A DNA stretch of 64,000 nt from Candidatus Marinacidobacterales bacterium (GCA_965237955.1 OZ250169.1:5760001-5824000); one strand, 5' to 3'; counted from the stretch's first letter, positions 40,799 through 52,377 are shown. The notes: a model not told the origin generated them from the letters alone. Translations and numbers: made by a program.

Positions 40799-41356
40799 CT
40801 ACTTCACGACCTGTAGCGTCACCTCGGTCTTGACAGTCTCGCCTGTGATGGGGTCGGCCGAATCGGAGAGCATGGTGCTCTGGCCGTCCCGGAGGGTGAT
40901 CATCGCCTCCGTCGAGAAGCTGCGCAGCACCGGAGCGGCCGGGGTGATGTCGGCCTTTTCCGGGCTGGTGTCGCCGTTGGTCGGGTAGACCCCTCCCAGC
41001 TCGGTCTTGAGCTCCAGCCCGAAGCGGCCATCCTCGAGCGCCCAGGCCCGGGCGCGGACGGTCCCTCCCGCGTTCTTGAACATCAACGTGTTCGACCCTT
41101 CGATCCGGACGATGATCGGGAACTGGATCCCGCCGTAGACCCTCTGCTCGTTTTTAGTGCCGGTGGTGATGAGCATGCTGTAGGGAAGCCGGGCGACCAC
41201 GTCGTCACCCTGGAACCGGGTCATGACGACCTCCAGTCGCAGCAGCGTTCCGGAATCCTTGGCCGCATCCTCTTCGGGGGCGTCGCCCGCCAGCGCCATC
41301 GTCGATGCCAGTGCGAGACTCGCCGCGCCCCAGACAACCGTCCTGGCCAGCTTCAT
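40799..41356 (-). CDS. Secreted hypothetical protein (secretin C-terminal-like beta pattern)
   Basis: Signal peptide MKLARTVVWGAASLALASTMALA; ...LRDGQST...DPITGE.VK.EVTL. Confidence 0.65.
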   Translation of the reverse strand: MKLARTVVWGAASLALASTMALAGDAPEEDAAKDSGTLLRLEVVMTRFQGDDVVARLPYSMLITTGTKNEQRVYGGIQFPIIVRIEGSNTLMFKNAGGTVRARAWALEDGRFGLELKTELGGVYPTNGDTSPEKADITPAAPVLRSFSTEAMITLRDGQSTMLSDSADPITGETVKTEVTLQVVK

Positions 41357-42021
41357 GTCTTCCTCCCTGCTTTCTCGACCGTGCGGTCGAAGGATGGCGG
41401 CTCGTCGAGGAGCGGCTCGGCTCCCTCGAGGACTCGGTGATCGAAAGAGAGCAGCTCCCGCCGCTCCTCGGTGGGCTCGAGCGCGAGGCTGAAGTCGCTC
41501 TCGACGTCGGGGGTCAGGAGCGCGGCCCGGGCGGCGTGGCCTCGCAGGCGAAGGGCCAACCGGCGCACCACCTGTGCGTCCTCGGCGGGCACGATGACCC
41601 GCGGCCGCGAAGGCGCCACCGCCGGCTCGGGCCGGATGGGGGGTGGCACGCCCTCCGGGACCTGACGCCGGACCGGCTCGGCCTGCTTCATCGGGGCAGG
41701 GGCCGGAGGCCGCGAGCGCGCGACCATGGGTTCTCCTCGGGCGAGGGGCGCCGCGGGAGCGACCCGGGGCGAGACGGCGGTCGAAGGCCCTCGCATGCCG
41801 TCCGTGATGAGAGGACCTCCCACCAGAACCCCGGCCAGCGTCGCCAGCGCCGGCACCAGCCACCGGCGACGGGCGGTCTCTCTCTGGGCACGGAGCTCGG
41901 CCACGCGTCGCCGCACCGCGGGCAGGAAGGCGAGGGACGGCTGCGTCTCCAGCGAGTCCATCAGCTCGGCGTCGATGCGGTCGAGAAGGGCCCTTTCCTC
42001 GGCGGACTCGAACTCACTCAT
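41353..42021 (-). CDS. Putative anti-sigma factor (single TM, Pro-rich periplasmic part)
   Basis: PS..F...VRRRV then RRRW and a TM helix; ATGA-coupled to the ECF sigma gene. Confidence 0.65.
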   Translation of the reverse strand: MSEFESAEERALLDRIDAELMDSLETQPSLAFLPAVRRRVAELRAQRETARRRWLVPALATLAGVLVGGPLITDGMRGPSTAVSPRVAPAAPLARGEPMVARSRPPAPAPMKQAEPVRRQVPEGVPPPIRPEPAVAPSRPRVIVPAEDAQVVRRLALRLRGHAARAALLTPDVESDFSLALEPTEERRELLSFDHRVLEGAEPLLDEPPSFDRTVEKAGRKT

Positions 42022-42548
42022 CGCAGCGCCTCCGCGAGTCGCTTCCTCGCCGTGTGCATACGGGACCGGACCGTCCCGTGAGGAACCCCGAGCAGCTCAC
42101 TGACCTCCCTGAGGTCGTGGCCCAGGATCCCGGCCAGCAACACCACCTGGCGCAGCTTCTCCGGCAGGGCCTCGATCGCCTTCCAGAGACGGTCGCGAAA
42201 CTCGTTCTCGCAGGCCACGGACTCGACGTCGGTAGGATCTGCGGAGAACGGCGTCTCCTGCTCACGCCGCGCTCGGCGCGTCGCCGCGCGCTGGTGATCG
42301 AGGGCCAGGCGCCAGCAGATCCGCACGAGCCAGGACCGGAAGCGCTCTCGATCGCGGAGCCGGCCGAAGCTCTGGTAGGCACGAGCCAGGGCCTCCTGAG
42401 CGACGTCTTCCGCATCTTCGCGGTGATGAAGGACGCCGTAGGCGACCCGGAAGGCGAGCGTCCCCGAGTCGCTCAGGCGCTCCTCGAACTCTGCGTCGAG
42501 ATCGGTCTTGCCCATCCCGCGCACGAGGCCCTCGACGGCCGCCTCCAA
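42018..42548 (-). CDS. ECF RNA polymerase sigma factor
   Basis: DAEDVAQEA, FRSWLVRI, LPEKLRQV and GTVRSRMHTARKRL motifs. Confidence 0.9.
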   Translation of the reverse strand: MEAAVEGLVRGMGKTDLDAEFEERLSDSGTLAFRVAYGVLHHREDAEDVAQEALARAYQSFGRLRDRERFRSWLVRICWRLALDHQRAATRRARREQETPFSADPTDVESVACENEFRDRLWKAIEALPEKLRQVVLLAGILGHDLREVSELLGVPHGTVRSRMHTARKRLAEALR

Positions 42549-42720
42549 CTGATTGACTCATGGGTCTTCCTATTAGACCAGACGCCGGCGGCGGCGGCTA
42601 TGTTCAGATCGGGCGCCGCGCTCCGGGCAACTGGCCTACGAGGAAGGCTTCGCGAGAAAGTCGCGCGCGCGCGCCCGAATGGAGGGGTCCTCCGCGCTTC
42701 GGCAACCGCGCCGTTGCCGC

Positions 42721-42749
42721 TTGACTTTCTAGCCCGCTTCCCGCATTCT
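42721..42749 (+). promoter_or_regulatory. Putative sigma70 promoter of a phage-like early operon
   Basis: TTGACT-N17-CATTCT followed by a structured leader. Confidence 0.45.
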
Positions 42750-42878
42750 CACCGCACGGCGCGGGTGATAAACTCGCCCCGCCGTCGGCTTACTCGGGCC
42801 TTATAAACCCGGGGACAGCGTGATGTTTCCACGTTGCCGGCGGCTCAACCAGAAACACGCAATCGGGAGAAACAACCG

Positions 42879-43154
42879 ATGCAAGCAACCCACTGTCCCA
42901 CCGGCCATCCGGCCATCCCTGATCCAACCTACAACCAGAGCATCAAGAACTGGTTTCTCGTGCTCGCCCAGACGGACCCTCGGGACGTGGGCGGGATTCT
43001 CGAGGCGCTCGGAATCGTGCTGCTAATCCTCAGCACCCGCGCGCCTCGGGGTCCTGAACCCGCGCTTACCACCACCCGCGACAAGTCCCGCCTCTGGCGT
43101 CGCGCGCTCCGTGATTTCTTTGTCTTTGACGACGAGAACGGCGGTGCGCGATGA
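42879..43154 (+). CDS. Hypothetical protein (phage/satellite-like)
   Basis: GGAGA RBS, ATG start, ATGA overlap with the next ORF. Confidence 0.5.
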   Translation: MQATHCPTGHPAIPDPTYNQSIKNWFLVLAQTDPRDVGGILEALGIVLLILSTRAPRGPEPALTTTRDKSRLWRRALRDFFVFDDENGGAR

Positions 43155-43636
43155 AGGTCCACGAGACCCACCAACTCTCAATCGTCGACTACGTCCGGGT
43201 CGACGACAAGTTCATCACCATCGATGAAGCCGTCGAGCTCACCGGCATCCCAACGGCTGAGCTCGTCACGCATCTCGAGCTTTTCCGGGACCCGATCCCC
43301 GGCATCGTCCGGGTCTCCACACGCGCGCTTGAGAAGTGGGTCGCCCGAAAGTCGGCGTTATCCATGTTGGACGAAAACGGGAGGGGCGCCCCCGTTTTGA
43401 GCGACGGCGCGGACTTCGAGGACGAGCGCGCCGAGCTCGGACGGAAGCTCGAGCAGGTTGCTGTCATCTCCGATAGCGTGCGTCGTGCTGATAACGTGAT
43501 CAACACGGCTTGCGCAATCGTCCTCCTGGAGCGCTTGCGTCGCGAGCTCGTAGCGTCCGGCGAGAAGGACAACGTTCCCATCCTTGGGCGCGTGGCCTGG
43601 CGCCTGCGCTCGAGCCTGAAGGCGGTGCACCGATGA
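43151..43636 (+). CDS. Hypothetical protein with a MerR/excisionase-like N-terminal HTH
   Basis: FITIDEAVELTGI...VRVSTRALEKWV; translationally coupled on both sides. Confidence 0.6.
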   Translation: MKVHETHQLSIVDYVRVDDKFITIDEAVELTGIPTAELVTHLELFRDPIPGIVRVSTRALEKWVARKSALSMLDENGRGAPVLSDGADFEDERAELGRKLEQVAVISDSVRRADNVINTACAIVLLERLRRELVASGEKDNVPILGRVAWRLRSSLKAVHR

Positions 43637-43856
43637 TCGGGGACGTCACCGACGCCGAGCTTGCCGATGGACTCGGGCGAGCGATCGCGGCCCTTCTCGA
43701 ACGGCTACTCGAGGTAGTACCGAAGCCCGAGCCCGAACCGAAAGAACGGCCAAACCTCACCGCCAAGGAACTCGCGCAGCTGACCACTCTTTCGGAAAAG
43801 ACAATCTACCGCGATGCGCGCCTAGGGAAACTCAAGAGCGTTCGGCTCGGGCGTCG
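43633..43856 (+). pseudogene. Excisionase-like HTH_17 protein truncated by IS3
   Basis: LTAKELAQLTTLSEKTIYRDARLGKLKSVRLGRR, immediately followed by the IS3 left end. Confidence 0.8.
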
Positions 43857-43906
43857 TGAACCGCCCCGGCTTTTCCGGAGACTCCAACTCTTGAGAGGAT
43901 GGAGTC

Positions 43907-45141
<1,235 letters not shown>

Positions 45142-45539
45142 AACAGTCTCCGGGATTCCCGGGGCGGTTCAGAGTTTCGTTGCGGCTCCGCCGCGCTGTG
45201 CTCGACCATGTGGCGATGCGTATTGCCAACAATTTCTGATACAGGGGACTAGTCGCAGCGCGGTAATCTATTCTTTCGAAGGCTCGCCTTCCTTCTTGAG
45301 AATGGGAAAGAGATCGTGAACTGAGACCGGTATCACCAAGCGAAGGGCCGTCTTGTAGACCGATCTCATGACGAGCACGGCATTGGCTTCGAACCGTGCG
45401 CGCTTGTCCGAAGAGGCGCTTGCAACGTCCTCCTTCATCGTATAGCATCCCCCCCCCGGCGGCGGGGAATGATTTTTTTGTGGGCGGCGGGAACTTTTCC
45501 AGGCTCCAAATTGTTAACAATTAGGCCTCTCCTGCCATT

Positions 45540-46760
45540 TCAGTGGATCCTCTCGAGGGTGAGACCGCCACAGTTTAGGTAGACGAGACTGATGAGAGCT
45601 TCGGCAGAGTGGAGTCCAAAGCTGCGGTGGCTCAGCAGCCTGATTTTGTTGTTCATTCCTTCGAGTCGGCCGTTGCTGAGTCTCCACGTGACCCACGCGA
45701 TGACGCCATCGAAGTGGCTGCGGATCATCTTCGCCGCGCGTTTGACGGGCTCTATCCTCGAGCTCATAGCGCGCCGCAGCCATCCTCGGAGAAACTTCTT
45801 GGCCCATGTCTCGGTTTTGTAGGTGTAGAGGTCCATGAAGTCGTCGCGCAGAAGCATGGCGCGGTAGAGGCGACGATTAGCTCGCACCTGCTCGCGGAGC
45901 ACCCGTTTGTCTTTCGCGCTGCGGTTGTGTTTGGCCTTGAGAAGGGGAAACTTGGTGTTCTTGAGGTTGCGCCGGGCAGTCCCTTTGAGCTCGCGCACCA
46001 GCTCGCGCCGGGTCTTATCCACGGCCTCGTTCAGATGCTTGACGATGTGGAAGCGGTCAAAGATCACCCGTGCCTGAGGAGCCTTTTTGCCGACGACAGT
46101 TCTGTACGGCTCCCACATGTCCATGCTGACCGCTTCGAGCTCCGCGGCTCTTTGTGGTCCGAGCTTGCGGAAAAACCGCAGCAGCGTCTTGGCCTTGCGC
46201 TCCTTTCCCGCCCAGACGACCCGGCCGCTGAGATGGTCTATTACCACTGTTAAGTACTTGTGGCGTTTGCGGTAGCTGATCTCGTCCATCCCAATCACCC
46301 GCAATCCATCGAGCTCGCGCCGCTCATCCCGCTGCTCGGCAACCACTCGCTGGATGATCCGTCGCACCGAACGCCACGTCACTCGGAAATAGTTCGCTAC
46401 GGCGCTGACGTCCGTCCTCTGTGCCAGCCACGCTACCTCTTGTTCGAAGCTTTTGGTAAAGCGGCTTCCCTTGTCTGCCCAAGGCACCTTTTCTCTGACC
46501 ACTCCACACCGCCGACATAGCACTCGTCGGATCGAGTAGCGAAGATAGGTCCGGACTCCGAACAGGTCCAAGTGCCGCCAGTAGCGATTGTAGCGATCTT
46601 TGTTCTTGCGGACCTTTCGTCCGCAAATCCCGCACAGAGGCTTCCTCCTCCGTGGTACTACATCCACCACCACTCTGGCTTTGTCCGCCTGGAAGTGGAA
46701 ACCTCGGACCCACAGGCCTTGCAATCCGATGAGCTTGTTGACTAACGTAGTAACGCGCAT
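45540..46760 (-). CDS. ISL3-family transposase
   Basis: Zinc finger CGICG...CRRCG; IGMDEIS, SMDMW, FDRFHI and SNGRLEGMNNKI motifs; ISL3-type right end CCACTGAAATGGCAGGAGAGGCC (minus strand, ending ~45525). Confidence 0.93.
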   Translation of the reverse strand: MRVTTLVNKLIGLQGLWVRGFHFQADKARVVVDVVPRRRKPLCGICGRKVRKNKDRYNRYWRHLDLFGVRTYLRYSIRRVLCRRCGVVREKVPWADKGSRFTKSFEQEVAWLAQRTDVSAVANYFRVTWRSVRRIIQRVVAEQRDERRELDGLRVIGMDEISYRKRHKYLTVVIDHLSGRVVWAGKERKAKTLLRFFRKLGPQRAAELEAVSMDMWEPYRTVVGKKAPQARVIFDRFHIVKHLNEAVDKTRRELVRELKGTARRNLKNTKFPLLKAKHNRSAKDKRVLREQVRANRRLYRAMLLRDDFMDLYTYKTETWAKKFLRGWLRRAMSSRIEPVKRAAKMIRSHFDGVIAWVTWRLSNGRLEGMNNKIRLLSHRSFGLHSAEALISLVYLNCGGLTLERIH

Positions 46761-47040
46761 CGCGGGAACGCTCTTTTCTCTTTCGGAAAAAAAGATTCTA
46801 GCGTTCTCGCCGATGCGCATCTACACATGGCTTACCCTCTCAACCCACGGGCCTCACCAAATGCCACTGCCCCTCAGCGGGAGACGGTGGGGAAACGCCC
46901 CCACGGTTCTGGTCGTTCAGACCTTGCTCACGACTGAGTTCTCTTCGAAGCCTGGAAGGGCGTTTTCTATAGCCTCCACTAATCGAGCCCCCCCTTCCTT
47001 ATTCCATATGAATTAATCTTTCTTGTATATATATCAGGAG

Positions 47041-47195
47041 GGGCCTGTGGGCGCTCGTGGGAAACGCGAAGCGTTTTCCAAGCGATTGTGGAAAACGCCG
47101 CTCCACGTTTGTACGTGCTCACAACCTTTCCCTAAACGCCTCTCTCGCCCGGAGTTTCCGGCGTTTTCCACAATCGCGGCAGCGTCCATAGGCCA
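47041..47195 (-). repeat. Nested multi-hairpin element (GTGGAAAACGCC...GGCGTTTTCCAC)
   Basis: GCGATTGTGGAAAACGCCG pairs with CGGCGTTTTCCACAATCGC; outer GGCCTGTGG/CCATAGGCC stem. Confidence 0.65.
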
Positions 47196-47374
47196 TGCCC
47201 TCCAACACAAATCAGATCCACCGAAACGACAGGAGAACCACAATTAGTGTGGGCGGGCGTCCTTCCTTCTGTGGGAGGTCCCTGCCGAAGTTAGGGGGTG
47301 TGTCTTCAGGAGACGCCACATCCAACCATCGCAGCTAAGTCATTCCCCGGAAGCCAAACAAAAAGGAGGCGGTT

Positions 47375-47884
47375 ATGCGCGGATTCATTTTCACAATAGG
47401 AGCATTGGCAATCGCGGGCGCTCTCGTCGGCGGGTGTCAAAACGAGACACCCATCGTTGGCCCGGACGTCCAGGACAACCCGCTCTCGACCGGAGCGGCC
47501 ACGACGCAAGTCGACCCCCGTAGCCAAGGCGTCCCTAGGCCGCAAACGTGGGTGGATGGTGAGCTCTTCGACGGAGTGGTGACACCGGCGAATTTCAACC
47601 CGGAGAGCGATCCGTTCGACGAGCTTTATCATGGCGTCGTAGGCCAGGAAGGGGAAACGCAAGGTATTGGTTTTCTAGATGGAGTGCCCCTCATTTCCGA
47701 GTCTAAGCCTGGCGATCAAGATTACAACGGTGGAAGGTGGCATTTGAATATCCTAAAGGCCGGTGTGCCGGGGAATATGTATGTGGGCGCCGATAGTTTG
47801 GCCGACCTTGACAAGACCGACTTCTTCTCCACCGACATCTATTTTGAATGCCCGCTACTTCCCAGGCGAGGCAATCGTCAATGA
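47375..47884 (+). CDS. Hypothetical lipoprotein
   Basis: AAGGAGG RBS; lipobox LVGG-C; SESKPGDQDYNGGRWH and YFECPL. Confidence 0.8.
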   Translation: MRGFIFTIGALAIAGALVGGCQNETPIVGPDVQDNPLSTGAATTQVDPRSQGVPRPQTWVDGELFDGVVTPANFNPESDPFDELYHGVVGQEGETQGIGFLDGVPLISESKPGDQDYNGGRWHLNILKAGVPGNMYVGADSLADLDKTDFFSTDIYFECPLLPRRGNRQ

Positions 47885-48445
47885 TCGGCGCCGGTTCACT
47901 CTAGTTGAAATAGAGTAACCGGCGTGCCGTCGGTAGTAGGAAACGAAAGCGTTGAGCGGTACGGACCACCGTAGAGTGCTCAGCGCTCGCTCCCCTCGCG
48001 CCGGCTGCAGCTGAGTCTTTTAGCAGCCGGCGATGGTGGATGTGCGTCGGCTGCTACGCTGGCAGCGCCACCCGCACCTCGGCCCCCAGTACGTTAGGTA
48101 CTAAACGCGTCGGGGATGCCAAATGAAATCAAATAGTTGCTAGAAATCGCCCCCAAAGCTCGACTCAGCTATGGGAAAATTGGGTAACTGAGCTGGGGAT
48201 GTCTCCAGGTGCGCCTCGTAGCTCCGAGGATTTCGACCGACTGGAGAAGATGCTCGACGAGGCAGCGTCCGTTCACAGCGGATTTATCGATCGCGTCAAT
48301 CTCGAAGGGGAGAATCGCACTCAAGCCATTTACATCCTGTTCATGCATCATTATGACCAAAAGTTGTGGGACCGCTACCCGAACCTCGCCCTCCGGTACG
48401 TTAGCTATCAAACCTGTCCGGCGTTCCTTTTCGCGAGACCAGACC

Positions 48446-49372
48446 TCAAGAAACAAGGCGCGTCAAGTTCCCGCCTAAGATCCCGGCGGCCTGATCCTTG
48501 GTCACGCCTAACTCCTCGAGAACGCTGACCTGCGTCTGGAAGTGATCCTTTTGCCACCCTCGGGGGAAGAAGCTCGAGTCCGACCCGTAGAGAATGCGCT
48601 CCGCGCCCAGGACATCCAGGCTCCGCTCGAAAACCTCGGCGAGGGACAGCGGCCTCGGAAGGCGCGACGCCCAGGCGTTGGAGCTCGACGTGTCGGTGTA
48701 GAGGTTCGCGCACTCGTCGGCGACGAGGAGGAGCTCGCGGAAGAAGCCGCTCCCGAAGTGGGGGACGATGAAGGGCACCGTGTCGAAGCTTCGCGCGACG
48801 CCGCTGAGGTCGACGGGGTTCGCGAAGCGCAAGTCGAAGAGGCTCGGGAGACCGAGCTTGTCCCGCACCCCGACCTTGAGGACACCGCAGTGCACGAACA
48901 CGACCCCCCGCGAGGCGGCGACCTCCTCGAGGATGGGCCGGATCTCCTTTTCCCAGATATGGAAGTGGTGCATCGCGGGAAACAGGCTGAGGCCCTTCAT
49001 CCCCAGCTCGCGAAAACAGCGCTTTGTCCGATCGAGGGCATCCGGGGCCCGGGGGTTCAGCATGAAGTAGGGGATGAAGCGCTCGGGGAAGGCGCGCGCG
49101 GCGACGGAAACGGACTCCTCGTCTCCAGGGACGCTCGCGATCAGGACGGAGCGCGCGAGCCCGTGACGGTCGAGCTCCTTGACCCATCGTTTCGCGAGCT
49201 CCTCCGGGTCCTTGGGAGGGAACTCGAAAGCGAGGTGCTCGCCCAGTGTATCGAAGAGCGCCTCCTCGGAAGGCGGCTCGGGAAGAGAGGCCGCGAGCGC
49301 GGCAAAGAACCGATAAGAGAAGAAATGCGCGTGCGCATCGACCACCGCGAGATCGCCAAACGGAGTTTGCAT
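48446..49372 (-). CDS. Amidohydrolase_2 family metal-dependent hydrolase
   Basis: VDAHAH, VFVHCG, VPHFG, YTDTS and ILYGSD motifs. Confidence 0.88.
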   Translation of the reverse strand: MQTPFGDLAVVDAHAHFFSYRFFAALAASLPEPPSEEALFDTLGEHLAFEFPPKDPEELAKRWVKELDRHGLARSVLIASVPGDEESVSVAARAFPERFIPYFMLNPRAPDALDRTKRCFRELGMKGLSLFPAMHHFHIWEKEIRPILEEVAASRGVVFVHCGVLKVGVRDKLGLPSLFDLRFANPVDLSGVARSFDTVPFIVPHFGSGFFRELLLVADECANLYTDTSSSNAWASRLPRPLSLAEVFERSLDVLGAERILYGSDSSFFPRGWQKDHFQTQVSVLEELGVTKDQAAGILGGNLTRLVS

Positions 49373-49764
49373 GACGGGGGAAGCTTAGCATTCGGGAGCG
49401 AGAAGCCGCACGAGAAACCGCCAACAAGATCGAGGCTTTAGTTCGCAGTACTTTCACTCTCGGCGCGCACATGAAGAAGCTCGGGCGTCATTTCTGAGCC
49501 ATTCGGGTCGCAATACTCCCGGTGGCAGCATCGAAACACGTCGTGTCACACTACATGTAAGTGCCAACAACTAAAACGTCTGGAAAAATGGCGACGACTC
49601 GATTCGTGTCGGCCGGACGCCGCGTGCACCCGGTCGTCCTCCTCGTGTCCGCGGTGTGGTCGACTCCTGTGCATGCGCAGCCGAATATCGATCATTCCGG
49701 CATCGAAGGCATCGAGTTCACCTACGAGCTTCGTCAGTAACCACGCCTGCGCTACACTCCGATT

Positions 49765-50503
49765 GTGAGCTCGCGATTCGCGTTGTCGGCGATGCTGCTG
49801 TTGTGCGTACCCGCGCTCGTGCTCCCGTCGACGTGGGTCGACGTGGAAGTGACGTGTCCCGTCTGCGGCACCGTCAACATCTTCAAAGTTCCCGCGAGCT
49901 TCGGGACGTACGTCTATCAGGAGCCGTCGCGGCTCCAGTACGTTTTTTGGCCCGCGACGACGGACATGTTTCTCTACACGTGCCGCCGATGTCACTTGAC
50001 GGCGTATATGCAGGACTTTGCGGAGATCCCGGCGGATAAAATCACTGCGCTTGCGACGGTGCTCGAGCGGGATGGCGCAATTCAGGGCGCGCTCTTGCCC
50101 GTATTACGAAATCCCGATGGTGACACGTCTCGACATTGCTCGGAAGGTCTACGAAGTTCTCGAGCGCGACGCTGAGTTCTGGTGCGAGTTCGATCGCATC
50201 GCGGGGTACCACCATGCGGAGTCGGGCCGAGCGCGTGAAGCGCACACGGCTCGTGCTCGAGCTCTGACGCGTGCGGAATCGATTCTCGAAACCGCTCCAC
50301 CGGGAGAGCGGAAGGAAACGCTGGTCATCGTTGGCGCGCTTCGATTTCTCACCGGTGATATTTCCGGAGCGAGGGCAGCGCTCGCTGAGGCCGAACTACT
50401 GACGTACGCCGCTCCGGACCGACACTCGAAAGCGCTCGATGAATTCCTTTCGCAGCTGATCCAGGACTTCCGTACCGAACTCTTGTCGGACGGAACCCGT
50501 TGA
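49765..50503 (+). pseudogene. DUF2225-like zinc-ribbon/TPR protein, frameshifted near 50090
   Basis: EVTCPVCG...CRRCHLTAY..DF in ORF 49765; helical continuation in ORF 50018. Confidence 0.6.
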
Positions 50504-50589
50504 CATCGCCCCCACCCTTCCAATAGAATCATCATCCCTTCGGGGAGCCCAACCACAGATAAGGAATTATTCTGGATTGTTCGCGCCGG

Positions 50590-51966
50590 GTTGTGGTGTG
50601 GGCCGCCTTCGCGGTGGTTACGACCGCGACGCTTCACGCACAGCCGACGATCGATCACTCGGGGCTCGACTGCATGCGCCCCGGTGAGTTCGTCGTCGTG
50701 CTATCGAGGATCGACCCCGAGGACGACGTTCAAACGGCCAAGGTCTATTAGCCGATACGTCGGTATCCTTCCACAGCCGGGCGGCTGAAACTCCCCAAGT
50801 CATCTACTTACGTCGAGGCGTTGGACTCAGCGTTCAACACCGCCCGATCACGGGAATACGACGCAGACGTTCGGGGCCGCTGTCGCCAGGAGCCGGCCTC
50901 CGCCTATTTCCCCGGTGCCAATCCGAGCATCAACGTGGGGGCGACAGCGTCGGGCGCGTCATCGATTCCGCCCTGGTTCACCGCGGCGGGAATCGCCGGG
51001 ACGATTACCGCTGCCGGACTCGCGTCCGGAGCGGGCGGTGGGATTGGAGCCGGGACGGCTGTTGCGGTCGGTGCTGCCGTGGCTGCGGGCGCAGGTGCGG
51101 GGGTGTTGACGACGGGCGGAGATGATCCGGCGACGTCGTCGGTCGTCGCAGGGGTGCCGACATCGACGACATCCACCATACCCGCGGGTTCCACGAGCTC
51201 GACCACGGCGCCGAACACGGAACCGGGCCCTACCACGTCGACGACAACAACGCCCGGAGCGCCCACGACCACGGTGCCTGGAGGTTCGACTACGACGACG
51301 ACTCCCGCCTCGACGAGTACCACTCCGGCCGCACTCGACGCGTCCTGCTTTACCGTCGCCGTTCTCGGAGCGTGTCGCGTTCCTGTAGACGCCACTTGCG
51401 TCGTCCTTCCCGTCGATCGCTACGAGTGGATACTGGATCTCACCGATCGTTGGAGAAAAGTGGAGTTTCCCGACGGTCCTACCACTCTGACGCACACGTG
51501 GGGAGCGGACGATTGCGACGACGACGGCGAGACGCTTCGTTTTCGGCTAAAGGCTCACCGAGCCGACCTGACATCGACGGCGCACAAAAATCTGTTCGTG
51601 CCCGGCGATGGTTTGAGGGCATCTCCGGCGCACGATCTCTCCGTCCGACTGCGTACTCATCTGGCTCTTCCCGGGCGGGCGACGGGCCAGGTGTCGGTGA
51701 ACGCGACACCTGTTCGACTCGTCGACAACGTGTCGCCGGTCGAGATGCGCGTCCCGGGACGCCGTGGCACGAACACGCTCACCGCCTTTGTGGTAGCGAC
51801 ATCGGGCGAACCAGGAACGTGGCGCTTCGCGCTCGACCCGATCGTTCCCGGAAGTGTTCGCATCGTTTCGGGGAACGTCCTCACGCGGGAGCCGGATGGT
51901 GTCGTGTTTCGACTTGCCGGTCATGTCGGCGAGCGTGTCGAGCTCACCTTCGTCCTCCGCGAGTAG
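50590..51966 (+). pseudogene. Secreted Thr-rich-linker, PKD-like surface protein with a disrupted 5' part
   Basis: Signal-like VVWAAFAVVTTATLHA, then IDH...AKVY and RYVGILPQP fragments in shifting frames up to ~50810; open from 50821. Confidence 0.55.
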
Positions 51967-51997
51967 TCCGGCTACGGCGTGATAGGATCCGCCGTCC

Positions 51998-52366
51998 ATG
52001 AGCGATTCAAAGGTCCCGGCCCGCACCGCAGAGATCAGTTTCAAGGTCGCGTTGAACGCCGATCGAAAGCCTGTTTCGATCGAATGGTCGGCGACGGACT
52101 CACCGGACGCGAGCTCGAAAGATACGAAATCCATCATGCTGTCCGTTTGGAACAGTGAAGAGAAGAAGGCGATGCGCATCGACCTGTGGACCGAGGACAT
52201 GCTCGTCGACGAGATGAAGCTCTTCGTGTTCCAGACGCTCGTGACCATGGCCGATACCTTCGAGCGGGCGACGTCGGACGGGGCGAGGGCGAACGAAATG
52301 CGGAGCTTCGCCCAGCAGTTCGCGGAAAAAATGGGCTTCGTCCGAGAGGACGACTCTCCGAGCTAA
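51998..52366 (+). CDS. gldC: GldC-like protein
   Basis: I.F.V.L...P..IEW.A.D, K.IMLSVW, RIDLWT.DM.VDEMK.F.FQTL..MADTFERAT; matches the Bacteroidota GldC pattern as I recall it. Confidence 0.75.
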   Translation: MSDSKVPARTAEISFKVALNADRKPVSIEWSATDSPDASSKDTKSIMLSVWNSEEKKAMRIDLWTEDMLVDEMKLFVFQTLVTMADTFERATSDGARANEMRSFAQQFAEKMGFVREDDSPS

Positions 52367-52377
52367 GATAGAGCCTT

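Noticed and set aside
47885-48100. Integron attC site after the lipoprotein (GTTAGGT near 48093)
   Set aside because: No complementary RYYYAAC box at a suitable position and no integron integrase
49548-49563. NrdR-box-like palindrome ACACTACATGTAAGTG
   Set aside because: Single imperfect site with no ribonucleotide reductase gene nearby
51130-51330. ACG-rich repetitive DNA as a repeat locus
   Set aside because: Explained by a Thr/Pro/Ser linker in the encoded surface protein
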